The notes under the pieces were generated by a model. That model was not told the DNA's origin, did not search any database, and was given only the letters and a program-made list of their open reading frames with translations. A DNA stretch of 64,000 bases from a virus: positions 69,906 through 133,905 of the IMG/VR virus record IMGVR_UViG_3300045988_153285; one strand, written 5' to 3'. Shown here piece after piece: positions 19,136 to 28,447 of the stretch (position 1 is its first letter; each line of letters begins with the position of its first letter). The translations under genes were made by a program, and so were the position numbers.

Positions 19136-20353
19136 ATGAGGAAAGTTTTCTTAGATAATTTACCTAAAAAAATGAGGATAGATAAAGAAATTATTGATTG
19201 GAAGGGTAGTATGGGAATCAAAGTACCGTTTATCTATGATGATATTGAAGGAGAAGTTGAGATTATTAACTATGATAATGGAATTTTAACTATAAAAAAT
19301 TTATTGAATAATGAATTTTTTAAAATAAAAACTGATAAATTATCAAAATGTAAACTTGGGAAGATGCTAACGAAGTATACAAAAAACTTTAAATATAACA
19401 TCAATAACAATATTATAAGCGAAAATAGAGATTTAATCATAACCGATAGAGAATATAGGGAGAGAAAACATTCTAATGCAAACAGTATTATAAATGATAA
19501 ATACTATAAATATACATGTAATAAATGTGGTTGGACTGAGGGATGGATTGTAGAGGGAAGCTTAAGTAAGGGTGTTGGATGTTCTTGTTGCTACAACAGA
19601 TCTGCTGTTTTAGGCATAAATACAATATGGGATACTGATAGATGGATGTGTGATTTAGGTGTATCTGAAGAAGATGCAAGAAAATTTACTAAGTCTAGTG
19701 GGAAAAAGATAGAAGTTATATGTCCTGATTGCAAGAAAAGAAAATTGGTTTCGATTGATAAAATATACAAAAATAAATCCATAGGTTGTAGTTGTGGAGA
19801 TGGAATTAGTTATCCTGAAAAATTTATAAATGATGCGCTAAATCAATTAAATGTTGAATTTCAAAGTCAATTAACAAAGACAACATTTGAATGGTGCGGA
19901 GACAAAAGATATGACTTTTATATACCAGAATATAATATGATAATTGAAACTCATGGCATACAACACTATGAAGATTGTAATTGGGGTAAAGCATGTGATA
20001 TTCAAGAGAACGATAGAATTAAAAAGGAATTAGCAAAAGAAAATGGTATTGAGCATTACGTTGTTATAGATTGTAGATATAGTGAATTAGAATGGATTAA
20101 GAATTCTATATTAAATAGTAAATTGGTAGATATGCTTAATTTATCTAAAATTGATTGGCTAAAGTGTGAAGAATTTGCACTGAAGAATATTGTCAGGGAA
20201 GTATGTGATTATTGGAATAATAAAGAGGAGTGGGAGACTACAACAACCATTGCAGAAAATAATGAATGGGGAATTAGAAGTGTTATTACAGTAATAAAAT
20301 ATCTCAAAAAAGGAACAATCTTAGGATGGTGCAACTATAATCCTAAAAGATAA
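19136..20353 (+). CDS. Zn-finger + Vsr/DUF559-like (PD-(D/E)xK-fold) endonuclease, homing-endonuclease-like
   Basis: CNKCGW, CSCC, CPDCKK, CSCG zinc knuckles, then DFYIPEYNMIIETHGIQHY core. Own SD AAAGGAG; sits between the two phosphoesterase remnants. Confidence 0.5.
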   Translation: MRKVFLDNLPKKMRIDKEIIDWKGSMGIKVPFIYDDIEGEVEIINYDNGILTIKNLLNNEFFKIKTDKLSKCKLGKMLTKYTKNFKYNINNNIISENRDLIITDREYRERKHSNANSIINDKYYKYTCNKCGWTEGWIVEGSLSKGVGCSCCYNRSAVLGINTIWDTDRWMCDLGVSEEDARKFTKSSGKKIEVICPDCKKRKLVSIDKIYKNKSIGCSCGDGISYPEKFINDALNQLNVEFQSQLTKTTFEWCGDKRYDFYIPEYNMIIETHGIQHYEDCNWGKACDIQENDRIKKELAKENGIEHYVVIDCRYSELEWIKNSILNSKLVDMLNLSKIDWLKCEEFALKNIVREVCDYWNNKEEWETTTTIAENNEWGIRSVITVIKYLKKGTILGWCNYNPKR

Positions 20354-20364
20354 TATAGTTCACT

Positions 20365-20445
20365 ATGTTTTTTTGTGTATTTAAGAAAGCAAACGGTAAA
20401 TTAGCTTGTTTGTGCTTAGATACTATGGAAGAATTTTATATCTAA
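20365..20445 (+). pseudogene. C-terminal remnant of the same metallophosphoesterase gene
   Basis: MFFCVFKKANGKLACLCLDTMEEFYI* resembles the (DTG)xVF..GKLxCLxLD end of PP-lambda-type phosphatases; no SD. Confidence 0.45.
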
Positions 20446-20450
20446 ATTCA

Positions 20451-20479
20451 AGGCAGCTTAACGGCTGTCTTTTCTTTTT
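20451..20479 (+). terminator. rho-independent terminator
   Basis: AGGCAGC-TTAACG-GCTGTCT stem (one G-U) followed by TTTCTTTTT. Confidence 0.7.
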
Positions 20480-20489
20480 AAATTTTTTA

Positions 20490-20538
20490 ATATAAATTAA
20501 TAAAATAGGTTGACAAAGGTATAATATGGGTATATAAT
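20490..20538 (+). promoter_or_regulatory. promoter with conserved upstream box (copy 4)
   Basis: ATATAAATTAATAAAAT 20490-20506, 3 nt, TTGACA 20510-20515, 17 nt, TATAAT 20533-20538. Confidence 0.7.
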
Positions 20539-20579
20539 TAAATCATCAAGTAAATAAAATAATAAATGAGGTGGTTAAT

Positions 20580-21191
20580 ATGGCAGAAAGAAATTATACT
20601 TTAAGTGAATTAAAACTAATTGAAAAGGTAAAAGAAGAAAACACAACTTGTTATTATTGTGGTGATCCATTGAAATCTAAAAATAGAACAATAGATCATA
20701 AAGTTCCAATAAGCAGAGGTGGACAAACTACATTAGACAATCTAGTAGTAAGCTGCAAAAGATGTAATGAAGAAAAGGGAATGATGAATGATGAAGAGTA
20801 TTTAAGTTTCTTAGAAAAGTTTAGAAAATACATAGATGAAGATATTAACTTTAATGAATTAAAAGATATAAAGACTAAATACCAAGGAATATTAGATAGG
20901 CACAAAGAATTATGTGAGAAGCATCGCTTGATAGGGTGTGAAGTTAGAAAAGTTCAAGATATAATAATGGTTATGAAGATGAATGCAGCAGATGGATACA
21001 TATTAGCAAGAGATTTACAAAAGTTATTAAATGAACAAAATGAAATTAAAAAGCAAAAAGAAAGTATAGCTAAATTAAGAGATATGGCTATAAATCAAAT
21101 AAATGAAATATCTAAGAATATGACGGCTTTAGCAGATACAGTAAGGAGCAATTACAGGAATGATGTAATAAGAAATATCAGATATAAATAA
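20580..21191 (+). CDS. HNH endonuclease with C-terminal coiled coil
   Basis: CYYCGDPL...DHKVPISRGGQTTLDNLVVSCKRCNEEKG; ATG 20580 after GAGGTGG (track start 20571). Confidence 0.8.
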   Translation: MAERNYTLSELKLIEKVKEENTTCYYCGDPLKSKNRTIDHKVPISRGGQTTLDNLVVSCKRCNEEKGMMNDEEYLSFLEKFRKYIDEDINFNELKDIKTKYQGILDRHKELCEKHRLIGCEVRKVQDIIMVMKMNAADGYILARDLQKLLNEQNEIKKQKESIAKLRDMAINQINEISKNMTALADTVRSNYRNDVIRNIRYK

Positions 21192-21208
21192 AAATTAACA
21201 AAATAGAG

Positions 21209-21460
21209 GTGATAAAGTTGAATGTAAAGGCATATTATAACCTAACAGAAAGAAGAAGTAAAGTAGAAAGATACATAGAAGATTATGATGTAGTCATAAA
21301 AGAACTTAGAGATGAAGCTAAGAAGTTGAAGAAGGGTAGCATGGAGAGACAAGAGTTGATGAAAAGAGCGAATGACCTAAAGAATGATTCTACCTATAGA
21401 GAACTACAAATTGAGCTTAGAACATTAAATTATTGTATTAATACAGTATTTTATAATTAG
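21209..21460 (+). CDS. hypothetical coiled-coil protein (83 aa)
   Basis: ORF track; start uncertain (GTG 21209 or TTG 21218 after AGAGGTGA). Confidence 0.6.
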   Translation: MIKLNVKAYYNLTERRSKVERYIEDYDVVIKELRDEAKKLKKGSMERQELMKRANDLKNDSTYRELQIELRTLNYCINTVFYN

Positions 21461-21472
21461 GTGGTGATTTGA

Positions 21473-21718
21473 ATGAATGCTTTAATAATTGATAATAAAC
21501 CTTATTGCTCTAAATGTAAAGTGCAATTAGGGAATGGAACAGGTGAATATTCACTAATAACACATGAAGGTAAAAATTACGTAAAGTTTCAAAGATATTG
21601 TAATAGTTGTAGAAATAAGATTGATTACTATGCAGATATAACTTTAGAAGGAACTACCAGATATTCATTTAGTAATGATGTCAAAGAAATAAAAGACGAG
21701 GTGAGCAATAATGATTAA
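21473..21718 (+). CDS. Zn-ribbon protein (81 aa)
   Basis: ORF track; CSKC...CNSC; SD AGGTGGTGA. Confidence 0.7.
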   Translation: MNALIIDNKPYCSKCKVQLGNGTGEYSLITHEGKNYVKFQRYCNSCRNKIDYYADITLEGTTRYSFSNDVKEIKDEVSNND

Positions 21719-21878
21719 ATTAATTGCTGAAGAGAAGTGTTGTAGAACTACTATAACATTCAGTGAACACAACCAAGAGAAAGAGAATCAGTACTTAGCA
21801 GATTTTAAGGTAAACTCTAATATATATAAGATAATTAGAATTGAAAATGATGAAGAAGTAATTTTATTAGAGAGGTAG
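21711..21878 (+). CDS. hypothetical small protein (55 aa)
   Basis: ATG 21711 overlaps end of the preceding gene (ATGATTAA); stop TAG 21876-21878. Confidence 0.45.
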   Translation: MIKLIAEEKCCRTTITFSEHNQEKENQYLADFKVNSNIYKIIRIENDEEVILLER

Positions 21879-21881
21879 AAA

Positions 21882-22094
21882 ATGAATAAAAGATTAAAAA
21901 CAGATTTAGAAGTTATATGTGAACCGACTTGGGTAAAGATGTGTTGTCCTCATTGTGATGAAGAAATAGAAATTGATTACGATGAATTTACTAGAAGTAT
22001 GATCGGTGAGTATTGGTGTGATTGGGAAGGTGAACTAATCACCTGTGAACATTGTGATGAAATTTTTGAAATAGGCTGTGTTCATATGGAATAA
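21882..22094 (+). CDS. Zn-ribbon protein (70 aa)
   Basis: ORF track; CPHCDEE...CEHCDE. Confidence 0.7.
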   Translation: MNKRLKTDLEVICEPTWVKMCCPHCDEEIEIDYDEFTRSMIGEYWCDWEGELITCEHCDEIFEIGCVHME

Positions 22095-22141
22095 AAACGA
22101 CATTTTATTGAAAAATAAATTAAATAAAAAGGAGTATGATT

Positions 22142-23338
22142 ATGGAACAAACAGTTAAGGTAAAAGATTTTATTATAGATTTAAGTAAAGTTAAAGAACC
22201 AACTACTATGAGTAAAAAAGCAGTAGCGCCCAAGGTTAATTATTCATTGGTGTTAGAGAATGATATGGATTTTGTAATAAAAAGAAAAACATCTAAAACA
22301 GATAAGGATCTTGTATTTTTGGTGAGTCAAGATTTATATTATATAAAAAATAATGGCGATGATACTGTGATTCAGTTAGATATGAATAACTATAAAAGGC
22401 AAATAAGTGCATTTTTAAGAGATATGGGAATGTGGATGAATTTTGAAAAGGTAAAATGGACTGAAAATTGTTATACTGAGAACCTTTATAATATGTTTAC
22501 AGATGAAACTAAGAGGATTCTAACAAGACATGGAATTAATTTAAGAGGTAGTTATTATAAAAATGAGGTAGCTAATGCATTAAAGACTAATCCCAAAATA
22601 GTAAAGTATTGGTTTTCAAAGTTTAACGATATACATAGATACACGTTAGAAGCAATACTTTATTTAAATAATGAGTATAACTTTAATAATGCTAAATATT
22701 TAATAGATTCTATGTATGACTTAAATAGGACTAAATTAAGTGGATATTATACAACTCAAATGTTATCTTTAGCAAAGGGTTATAATTGTAATATAAATAC
22801 ACTTATAGATTACATAGTAAGAGGATTATATTCTCAAGGAATAGATTCTATAGAAAATGACATTTATAACGACTATAGGGATTATTTATCAATGACAAAT
22901 GCTATGAAAGGCAAGATAAAGGATAAATATCCTAAATATTTAAAAACAGAACATGATAAGGTATCAATGAGATATAGCATTTGGAGAAAATACAAAGATG
23001 ATTTAGAAATATTTAAGATTACTGAAGAGAATAAGAAATTGGAATTTAGTGATAAAAAATATAGCATTATATTACCTGAAACAAGTTCAGATATAGTTGA
23101 TGAAGGGATTAATCAATCGCATTGTGTTGCATCATATGTTAAGAGAGTAGCAAATGGAGATACATTAATATTATTTATGAGATATACAGATATTATTGAT
23201 GAATCATTAGTAACCATTGAAGTAAAAAATGGTGAAGTATGCCAAGCTAGGGGATATGCAAATAGAGGTTTAAGCAAAGAAGAGTCGGCTTTTATTAAAA
23301 AGTGGGCTAAAATAAATGAATTAAAGGTTAATTATTAG
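22142..23338 (+). CDS. PcfJ-like domain protein
   Basis: C-terminal INQSHCVASYVKRVANGDTLILFMR...TIEVKNGEVCQARGYANRG resembles the PcfJ family signature by eye. ATG 22142 preferred over 22136 on SD spacing. Confidence 0.5.
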   Translation: MEQTVKVKDFIIDLSKVKEPTTMSKKAVAPKVNYSLVLENDMDFVIKRKTSKTDKDLVFLVSQDLYYIKNNGDDTVIQLDMNNYKRQISAFLRDMGMWMNFEKVKWTENCYTENLYNMFTDETKRILTRHGINLRGSYYKNEVANALKTNPKIVKYWFSKFNDIHRYTLEAILYLNNEYNFNNAKYLIDSMYDLNRTKLSGYYTTQMLSLAKGYNCNINTLIDYIVRGLYSQGIDSIENDIYNDYRDYLSMTNAMKGKIKDKYPKYLKTEHDKVSMRYSIWRKYKDDLEIFKITEENKKLEFSDKKYSIILPETSSDIVDEGINQSHCVASYVKRVANGDTLILFMRYTDIIDESLVTIEVKNGEVCQARGYANRGLSKEESAFIKKWAKINELKVNY

Positions 23339-23350
23339 GAGGAATGTAAA

Positions 23351-23734
23351 ATGGAATTAAAAGTAGGAATGAAATTAGAGTTAATAAAGAATTTAGATTG
23401 TGGAATTAGAGTCATAGAGAAAGGTGAAGTATTTAAAATTAAACATATATCAGCAAATAAAGTGTCTTTAATTAATAATGAAATAGGTGTGGGCGTATTT
23501 GAATTAGAAGAAGTTAAGGAATATTTTAAAGAACACATAGAAGAAATTAAAACAGATGAAGATGTTAAGAGAGTAATATATAGTGATAAAGTTACAGTAG
23601 TAATTCTAAATAGTGGAATCAAAGGAATTGCTAAATGTTTAGAAGAAGATGAATATGATAAGAAGGTAGGATATAGAATCGCATATTTAAAAGCTAAAAT
23701 CAAAGAAATGAATAAGGAGTTGAAAAGTTATTAA
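23351..23734 (+). CDS. hypothetical protein (127 aa)
   Basis: ORF track; SD AGGAGG; the overlapping antisense ORF 23335..23703 is low-complexity. Confidence 0.75.
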   Translation: MELKVGMKLELIKNLDCGIRVIEKGEVFKIKHISANKVSLINNEIGVGVFELEEVKEYFKEHIEEIKTDEDVKRVIYSDKVTVVILNSGIKGIAKCLEEDEYDKKVGYRIAYLKAKIKEMNKELKSY

Positions 23735-24003
23735 TGATAAAGAAATTAATTAGAATATACATACAAAGTTTCAAATATTCCAGGAGATTATCCAAGCTAT
23801 ATAAAACATTAGATATACTTATGAAAGAATTTGATTGCACACAAAAGTCTGAAGATAAGAAGATGTTATATAGATCACTAACAGAACTTCATAAATACAC
23901 AAGTGGTTTATTAAAAGAGTTTGATAATTATATAGAAAATAATAAATTTAAGAGTGGAGGAATGAATAATGCAAGTAACAATGACAATGGAAGAATACAC
24001 TAA
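23734..24003 (+). CDS. hypothetical protein (89 aa)
   Basis: ORF track; start overlaps the preceding stop (TAATG). Confidence 0.6.
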   Translation: MIKKLIRIYIQSFKYSRRLSKLYKTLDILMKEFDCTQKSEDKKMLYRSLTELHKYTSGLLKEFDNYIENNKFKSGGMNNASNNDNGRIH

Positions 24004-24562
24004 GTTAATAACTGCCAATGCCAAACAGGTTGAACAGTTAAATAAAATGATGGAGAAATATGATAATATCAGCAAAGAAAGATATGAACTGTTAAAATCT
24101 CAAAATAATAATGAAGATTGCAAATACTGCAACGGTAATGAAGAAACAATAATGTATACATCTGATGGTAATAGCATCTATATAGGTGAAGGTGGTACTT
24201 ACAAGCGATATGGTGATAATAGTGGGAAGATATGCTTAATAAATAGTGATAGCTATAAAGGTAATGAAGTGGAAATAAATTATTGTCCTATGTGTGGCAA
24301 GAAGTTAGGCGATAATACAAATCAAATGAGTAAAAGTCAGGGAAATAAATTAAAATACATACAAACATTGTTAGAAGAGACTGGTAATAGTTGTTTTATA
24401 AACCTATATAAAAGATGGGATTATGTATTTTCTATAGAAATAATATATTTCGATGAATTAACAACAATTTCAGAATCATTTGGTATAAAAGAGTTCGATG
24501 AATTGAATCCACATATCATAGTAAATGATTTATTAGATAAATTTGATAAACAAAAACGATAA
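23969..24562 (+). CDS. Zn-ribbon protein (197 aa)
   Basis: ORF track; CKYCNG...CPMCGKK; SD GGAGG upstream. Confidence 0.7.
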   Translation: MQVTMTMEEYTKLITANAKQVEQLNKMMEKYDNISKERYELLKSQNNNEDCKYCNGNEETIMYTSDGNSIYIGEGGTYKRYGDNSGKICLINSDSYKGNEVEINYCPMCGKKLGDNTNQMSKSQGNKLKYIQTLLEETGNSCFINLYKRWDYVFSIEIIYFDELTTISESFGIKEFDELNPHIIVNDLLDKFDKQKR

Positions 24563-24653
24563 GATCAGATTTCAAAAGTAGTTATTTAAATAGGATTTAG
24601 ATAGTTTAAATTAATATAAAAGAAGAATTCTATTAGAATTGGAGGATTAAAGA

Positions 24654-24833
24654 ATGAGTGTTTATACTGAATACGATAGATTAAGAGATGAATTAAAATG
24701 TAATTTAGAGAATTGTTTAGAGAAAGCAAAAGAATTAATGTTAGGCACAGAAATATGGGGTTACGATCACATGAAAGAAGATTATGCTGAAGAATTATAT
24801 TTTGCTATTAAAAATGCAATAAAGAAAGTTTAA
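24654..24833 (+). CDS. hypothetical small protein (59 aa)
   Basis: ATG 24654 after GGAGGA; stop TAA 24831-24833. Confidence 0.5.
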   Translation: MSVYTEYDRLRDELKCNLENCLEKAKELMLGTEIWGYDHMKEDYAEELYFAIKNAIKKV

Positions 24834-24855
24834 TTGATTAGGGGGGGGTAGAAGT

Positions 24856-25014
24856 ATGAGAGAAGGTAAAATTTTAATATTATCAGATTGTTCCGAATGT
24901 ACTTTTAGAAATGGATATTATTGTGATTTTGAAAGAAAGAATATTGCAAAGGAAGATATGGTTAAATATCACTATGGTGTATTTCCTAATTGGTGCAAAT
25001 TAAAAGATTATTAA
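24856..25014 (+). CDS. Cys-containing small protein (52 aa)
   Basis: ATG 24856, 7 nt after a G8 tract (24841-24848) that would act as its SD. Confidence 0.5.
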   Translation: MREGKILILSDCSECTFRNGYYCDFERKNIAKEDMVKYHYGVFPNWCKLKDY

Positions 25015-25040
25015 AATATAGATTAGTAGGAGGAGTAATA

Positions 25041-25148
25041 ATGAAATTAAGCTATGGGGATGGTTTTAAATATGTAATGATTGCATTAGGTGCATTTTGG
25101 ATTATATTGGCAATATTTTTAGGAACAATATGTTATATAAGAATGTAA
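25041..25148 (+). CDS. small membrane peptide (35 aa)
   Basis: ATG 25041 after AGGAGGAG; one hydrophobic helix. Confidence 0.45.
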   Translation: MKLSYGDGFKYVMIALGAFWIILAIFLGTICYIRM

Positions 25149-25386
25149 ATAAATCAGTTGTTTTATATAGTTAAAAATAAATTAAATAGGTATGTATATG
25201 AAAGAGTTTAAAGTAGTATCTTATAAAAGTACGGATAGACACATACATAGTGTTAGAAAGATATTCGAAGGGACTTATGACGAATGTTTAAAGTTTTATA
25301 TATAGAATAAAAGTAAATACCGATGCAAGAATGAATTATTAGAATTAATGTATAATAACTAAAAATTAAAATAAGGAAGTGATATT

Positions 25387-25731
25387 ATGATTAAGTTAAG
25401 TGAATTAAAAGATGATGAAATGTTAATTGTAGATATGGGGAGTTATGGCCATGTAATATCAAAAGAAGATTACTTAAATGAAATAGAAGAACATCGAGGA
25501 AACAAAGTATATACTTCAAATAAATATAAGGCTAGTATAGATGCATACGATATGCTTGAAAGTGCTATAGAACGTGAATATCAAAATATGTATGAAGATT
25601 GGGATATTGAAATAAGGCAAGATACAACCAAGGAAGATATAGAAGATATTCAGATTGTCTTAGATAGAATTTTAAGTAGAAGTGATAATATATCTTATAC
25701 AGAAAAAGAACAAGTAGAAATTGATATGTAG
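25387..25731 (+). CDS. hypothetical acidic protein (114 aa)
   Basis: ORF track; SD AAGGAAG upstream. Confidence 0.75.
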   Translation: MIKLSELKDDEMLIVDMGSYGHVISKEDYLNEIEEHRGNKVYTSNKYKASIDAYDMLESAIEREYQNMYEDWDIEIRQDTTKEDIEDIQIVLDRILSRSDNISYTEKEQVEIDM

Positions 25732-25739
25732 GTGATTGA

Positions 25740-26093
25740 ATGAGTAGAGAAATTAAATTTAGAGCATGGGATAAACATTATAAGAGGTTTAGAGATATCG
25801 TATTGAATAGTCCTATAAGTGCATTAAACAACAATGAAATTGATGAGAGATTTGAATTAACTCAATACACAGGATTAAAAGATAAAAATGGGAAAGAAAT
25901 ATATGAAGGTGATATACTAAGGGTTTATGACGACTTCTTTAGAGATGGGTTAGACGATATGTATGGAGTCGTAAAGTTTGACAATGGTAGATTTTATCTA
26001 AATACATTTAAGCCTTATTATAATGAAACTTGGATATACTTTGAAGTTGTGGGCAACATCTATGAAAATCCTGATTTATTGGAGGAGGAGTAA
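25740..26093 (+). CDS. YopX-family protein
   Basis: REIKFRAWDK...LTQYTGLKDKNGKEIYEGDIL...GNIYENPDLLE is the typical YopX pattern. Confidence 0.75.
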   Translation: MSREIKFRAWDKHYKRFRDIVLNSPISALNNNEIDERFELTQYTGLKDKNGKEIYEGDILRVYDDFFRDGLDDMYGVVKFDNGRFYLNTFKPYYNETWIYFEVVGNIYENPDLLEEE

Positions 26094-26095
26094 TT

Positions 26096-26629
26096 ATGTT
26101 ATATTATGCAGGAATAGGATCAAGAGAAACACCAAAAGAATTTTTAGATTTATTTACTAGAGTAGCTAAATATTTATCAACTAAAGATTGTGTGCTACGT
26201 TCAGGTGGTGCAAAAGGTTCAGACCAAGCATTTGAGTTAGGTGCAATACATAAAGAGATATATTTGCCTTGGAAGGGATTTGAAGGTAGTAATTCTAATT
26301 TAATAGTTAAAGATGAAATGGCTTTTGAAATAGCAGAGAAGTATCATCCTAGATGGACTTATCTATCTCAAGGCGCGCAAAAACTTCAAGCAAGAAACTC
26401 TCATCAGATATTAGGCAATGACTTAAATTCTCCTAGTGACTTTGTAATATGTTGGACTAAAGGTGGTAAAGGTAATGGAGGAACAGGTCAAGCAATTAGA
26501 ATAGCCAAAGATTATAATATACCTGTTTTTGATTGCGGTAAATATAGTGATGTCAGAGAATGTGCAAAAGAATTAAAGAGATTTTTAGATAAAATATTGG
26601 AGGGATTAAATGAGTCTAGAAGATATTAG
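26096..26629 (+). CDS. DprA/Smf-like (SLOG-type Rossmann fold) protein
   Basis: YAGIGSRETP...LRSGGAKGSDQAFELGA matches the DprA/DUF2493-type nucleotide-binding signature by eye. Confidence 0.5.
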   Translation: MLYYAGIGSRETPKEFLDLFTRVAKYLSTKDCVLRSGGAKGSDQAFELGAIHKEIYLPWKGFEGSNSNLIVKDEMAFEIAEKYHPRWTYLSQGAQKLQARNSHQILGNDLNSPSDFVICWTKGGKGNGGTGQAIRIAKDYNIPVFDCGKYSDVRECAKELKRFLDKILEGLNESRRY

Positions 26630-26774
26630 AAAATTAAATAAAAATAACAATATCATAGAGGATGAGGTTTCCTATGATGGATTTGAACCACAAGAAGAAG
26701 ATTTAAAATTCTTAGAATTTATAAAGCAAAGAGGTGTTAATAGTGAGTATAAAAGAAATGGAATTAGAATGTGA
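26610..26774 (+). CDS. possible small protein (54 aa)
   Basis: ATG 26610 after GGAGGGA, overlapping the end of 26096..26629; overlaps the next candidate ORF. Confidence 0.35.
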   Translation: MSLEDIRKLNKNNNIIEDEVSYDGFEPQEEDLKFLEFIKQRGVNSEYKRNGIRM

Positions 26775-26928
26775 AATAAGAGAATTGAAAACAAGGATTA
26801 GATATTGTGCAGGTATTGTTGAAGAAATAAGCACAAATCTATTACAAGAACAAATGAAAGGTAATAAAGAAGTAAAATTAGCTAGAGATGGTTTAAGAGA
26901 TTTAGTTGATTTTATGAGGAGATGCTAA
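26743..26928 (+). CDS. hypothetical small protein (about 61 aa)
   Basis: Track ORF 26734..26928; GTG 26743 is best spaced from AGAGG; start uncertain. Confidence 0.4.
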   Translation: MSIKEMELECEIRELKTRIRYCAGIVEEISTNLLQEQMKGNKEVKLARDGLRDLVDFMRRC

Positions 26929-26962
26929 GTAAATTATTAATTTTAAAGGGAGTGATAAATTT

Positions 26963-27250
26963 ATGTATACACAAAAAGAGTATTTTGAAGATATAGAAGA
27001 TATGAAGAGAATTGACACTACAAAACCATTCCATCCACCAGCTAGTGCTTTTAGGAAGGTAAATACTCAAATCCAGAATACATATTTTAATAAAGAAAAT
27101 ATAAATAAAAAGATGATGGTCATAGATGTCAACTGTTTTAGTTTCACAGGAGATTATGTTTGCCCTCATTATCATGATAGTTTTTCATCTGATAAAGAAT
27201 TAAGAGAAGAAGTTTGGGATAAACACTGCAGGAAGTGTTGGAATAAATAA
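26963..27250 (+). CDS. hypothetical protein (95 aa)
   Basis: ORF track; SD AGGGAG upstream. Confidence 0.7.
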   Translation: MYTQKEYFEDIEDMKRIDTTKPFHPPASAFRKVNTQIQNTYFNKENINKKMMVIDVNCFSFTGDYVCPHYHDSFSSDKELREEVWDKHCRKCWNK

Positions 27251-27290
27251 AATTGAGATTTTAAATAAATTAATAAAAATGGAGGGTAAA

Positions 27291-28049
27291 ATGAGCAATA
27301 AGATTAAACCAGTAGATTATAATGAAAAGATTTGTTTTAAATGTTTAAAGGAAAAGGATAATACGCATACATATACATTAGGATATAGAGGATATGGTAG
27401 TGGATTTGATAACTTTAATACAATTCTTCAATTATGCGACGATTGCAATCATGAAGAGTTAGGTATATGGTTTAATGAAGAACCAGAGTTAATTGATGGC
27501 TATTGTGAGGATTATAAATATGAAGATAATATTTTTGAATTTGTAAAATCATTGCCAATACAAGGAAGAGAGTTGTTTGAAAATCAATGTGCTAGGGGAG
27601 CTTGTTCATATCCAATGGAATCACAGGATTGGATAGATGTTGAATTAGGGGTTGCACCAGATAGTATATATAAAGAATATGGAATGTATTCGCCTTCAGA
27701 AATAAAAGCTTATGAAGAAAGATTCCCTACTTGTGAAAATGTATATCTCAAAACATACAAAGATGGATCTGGAGGTTGTAGATGTAATTATGGTGCTTAT
27801 GGCGAAAAAGATGGTAGTTGTGGTTCAAATATTTCAGATGAATGTTATACTTGTAGTCATTACAAAAAGAAGGGCTTCGACTATTCAATGAGAGAAGAAA
27901 AAGAACTATACATAGAGAAAGAAAAATTAAAAAGAATTGAGATGTATGAATGGACTTGTGAAGTTTGTGGAGAAATAAATCATACTTATATATATTCAGA
28001 TATGTTTGTTTGTCCTAAATGCCATCAATATTATAATGATTGTGAATAA
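27291..28049 (+). CDS. Cys-rich multi-Zn-ribbon protein
   Basis: Track ORF trimmed to ATG 27291 after GGAGGG; CFKC, CDDC, CEVCG, CPKC pairs. Confidence 0.7.
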   Translation: MSNKIKPVDYNEKICFKCLKEKDNTHTYTLGYRGYGSGFDNFNTILQLCDDCNHEELGIWFNEEPELIDGYCEDYKYEDNIFEFVKSLPIQGRELFENQCARGACSYPMESQDWIDVELGVAPDSIYKEYGMYSPSEIKAYEERFPTCENVYLKTYKDGSGGCRCNYGAYGEKDGSCGSNISDECYTCSHYKKKGFDYSMREEKELYIEKEKLKRIEMYEWTCEVCGEINHTYIYSDMFVCPKCHQYYNDCE

Positions 28050-28074
28050 AATTAATAAATAAGTAAGTGATTAT

Positions 28075-28214
28075 ATGAAACAAACCAGGCATATAACATT
28101 GCCAAAGAATAAAGATATAAAGTACTTTTACTATAGCTGCGAGACTTGTGGAGACAAATAGATAGTTATGAATATTATACATATGGCAAATGTGATGTTT
28201 GCAGGTACATATAA
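28075..28214 (+). pseudogene. Zn-ribbon gene interrupted by a one-base frame change
   Basis: Frame 1 gives MKQT...YYSCETCGDK then TAG at 28159. Starting at A28158 (the last base of the AAA Lys codon), the -1 frame continues IDSYEYYTYGKCDVCRYI* to 28214, supplying the second CxxC. Confidence 0.4.
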
Positions 28215-28228
28215 AGGAGAGATTTAGA

Positions 28229-28438
28229 ATGAAGAGAGTAATATTAGAAATGGATTTAGAAAATAAAGATGATATGACAAATGATATACTAATAGAATTA
28301 ATAGAAAGTGAATTACAATGGCATAGAGAAATAGATGGAATTAGTAATGTAAAAGTTTTGCATATGAATGACTATTTAGGTTATGTGAGCGATTTAGAAA
28401 ATAGATCAAGTCATTTCAACTATGGATATGAAGAATAA
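28229..28438 (+). CDS. hypothetical acidic protein (69 aa)
   Basis: Track ORF 28199..28438 trimmed to ATG 28229 after AAAGGAGAG. Confidence 0.65.
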   Translation: MKRVILEMDLENKDDMTNDILIELIESELQWHREIDGISNVKVLHMNDYLGYVSDLENRSSHFNYGYEE

Positions 28439-28447
28439 AAAAATATA

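Noticed and set aside
25192-25305. 37-codon plus-strand ORF (MYMKEFKVVSYKSTDRHIHSVRKIFEGTYDECLKFYI*)
   Set aside because: It has only a weak SD (ATAGG) and no distinguishing features, and it is too short to separate from chance in this composition.
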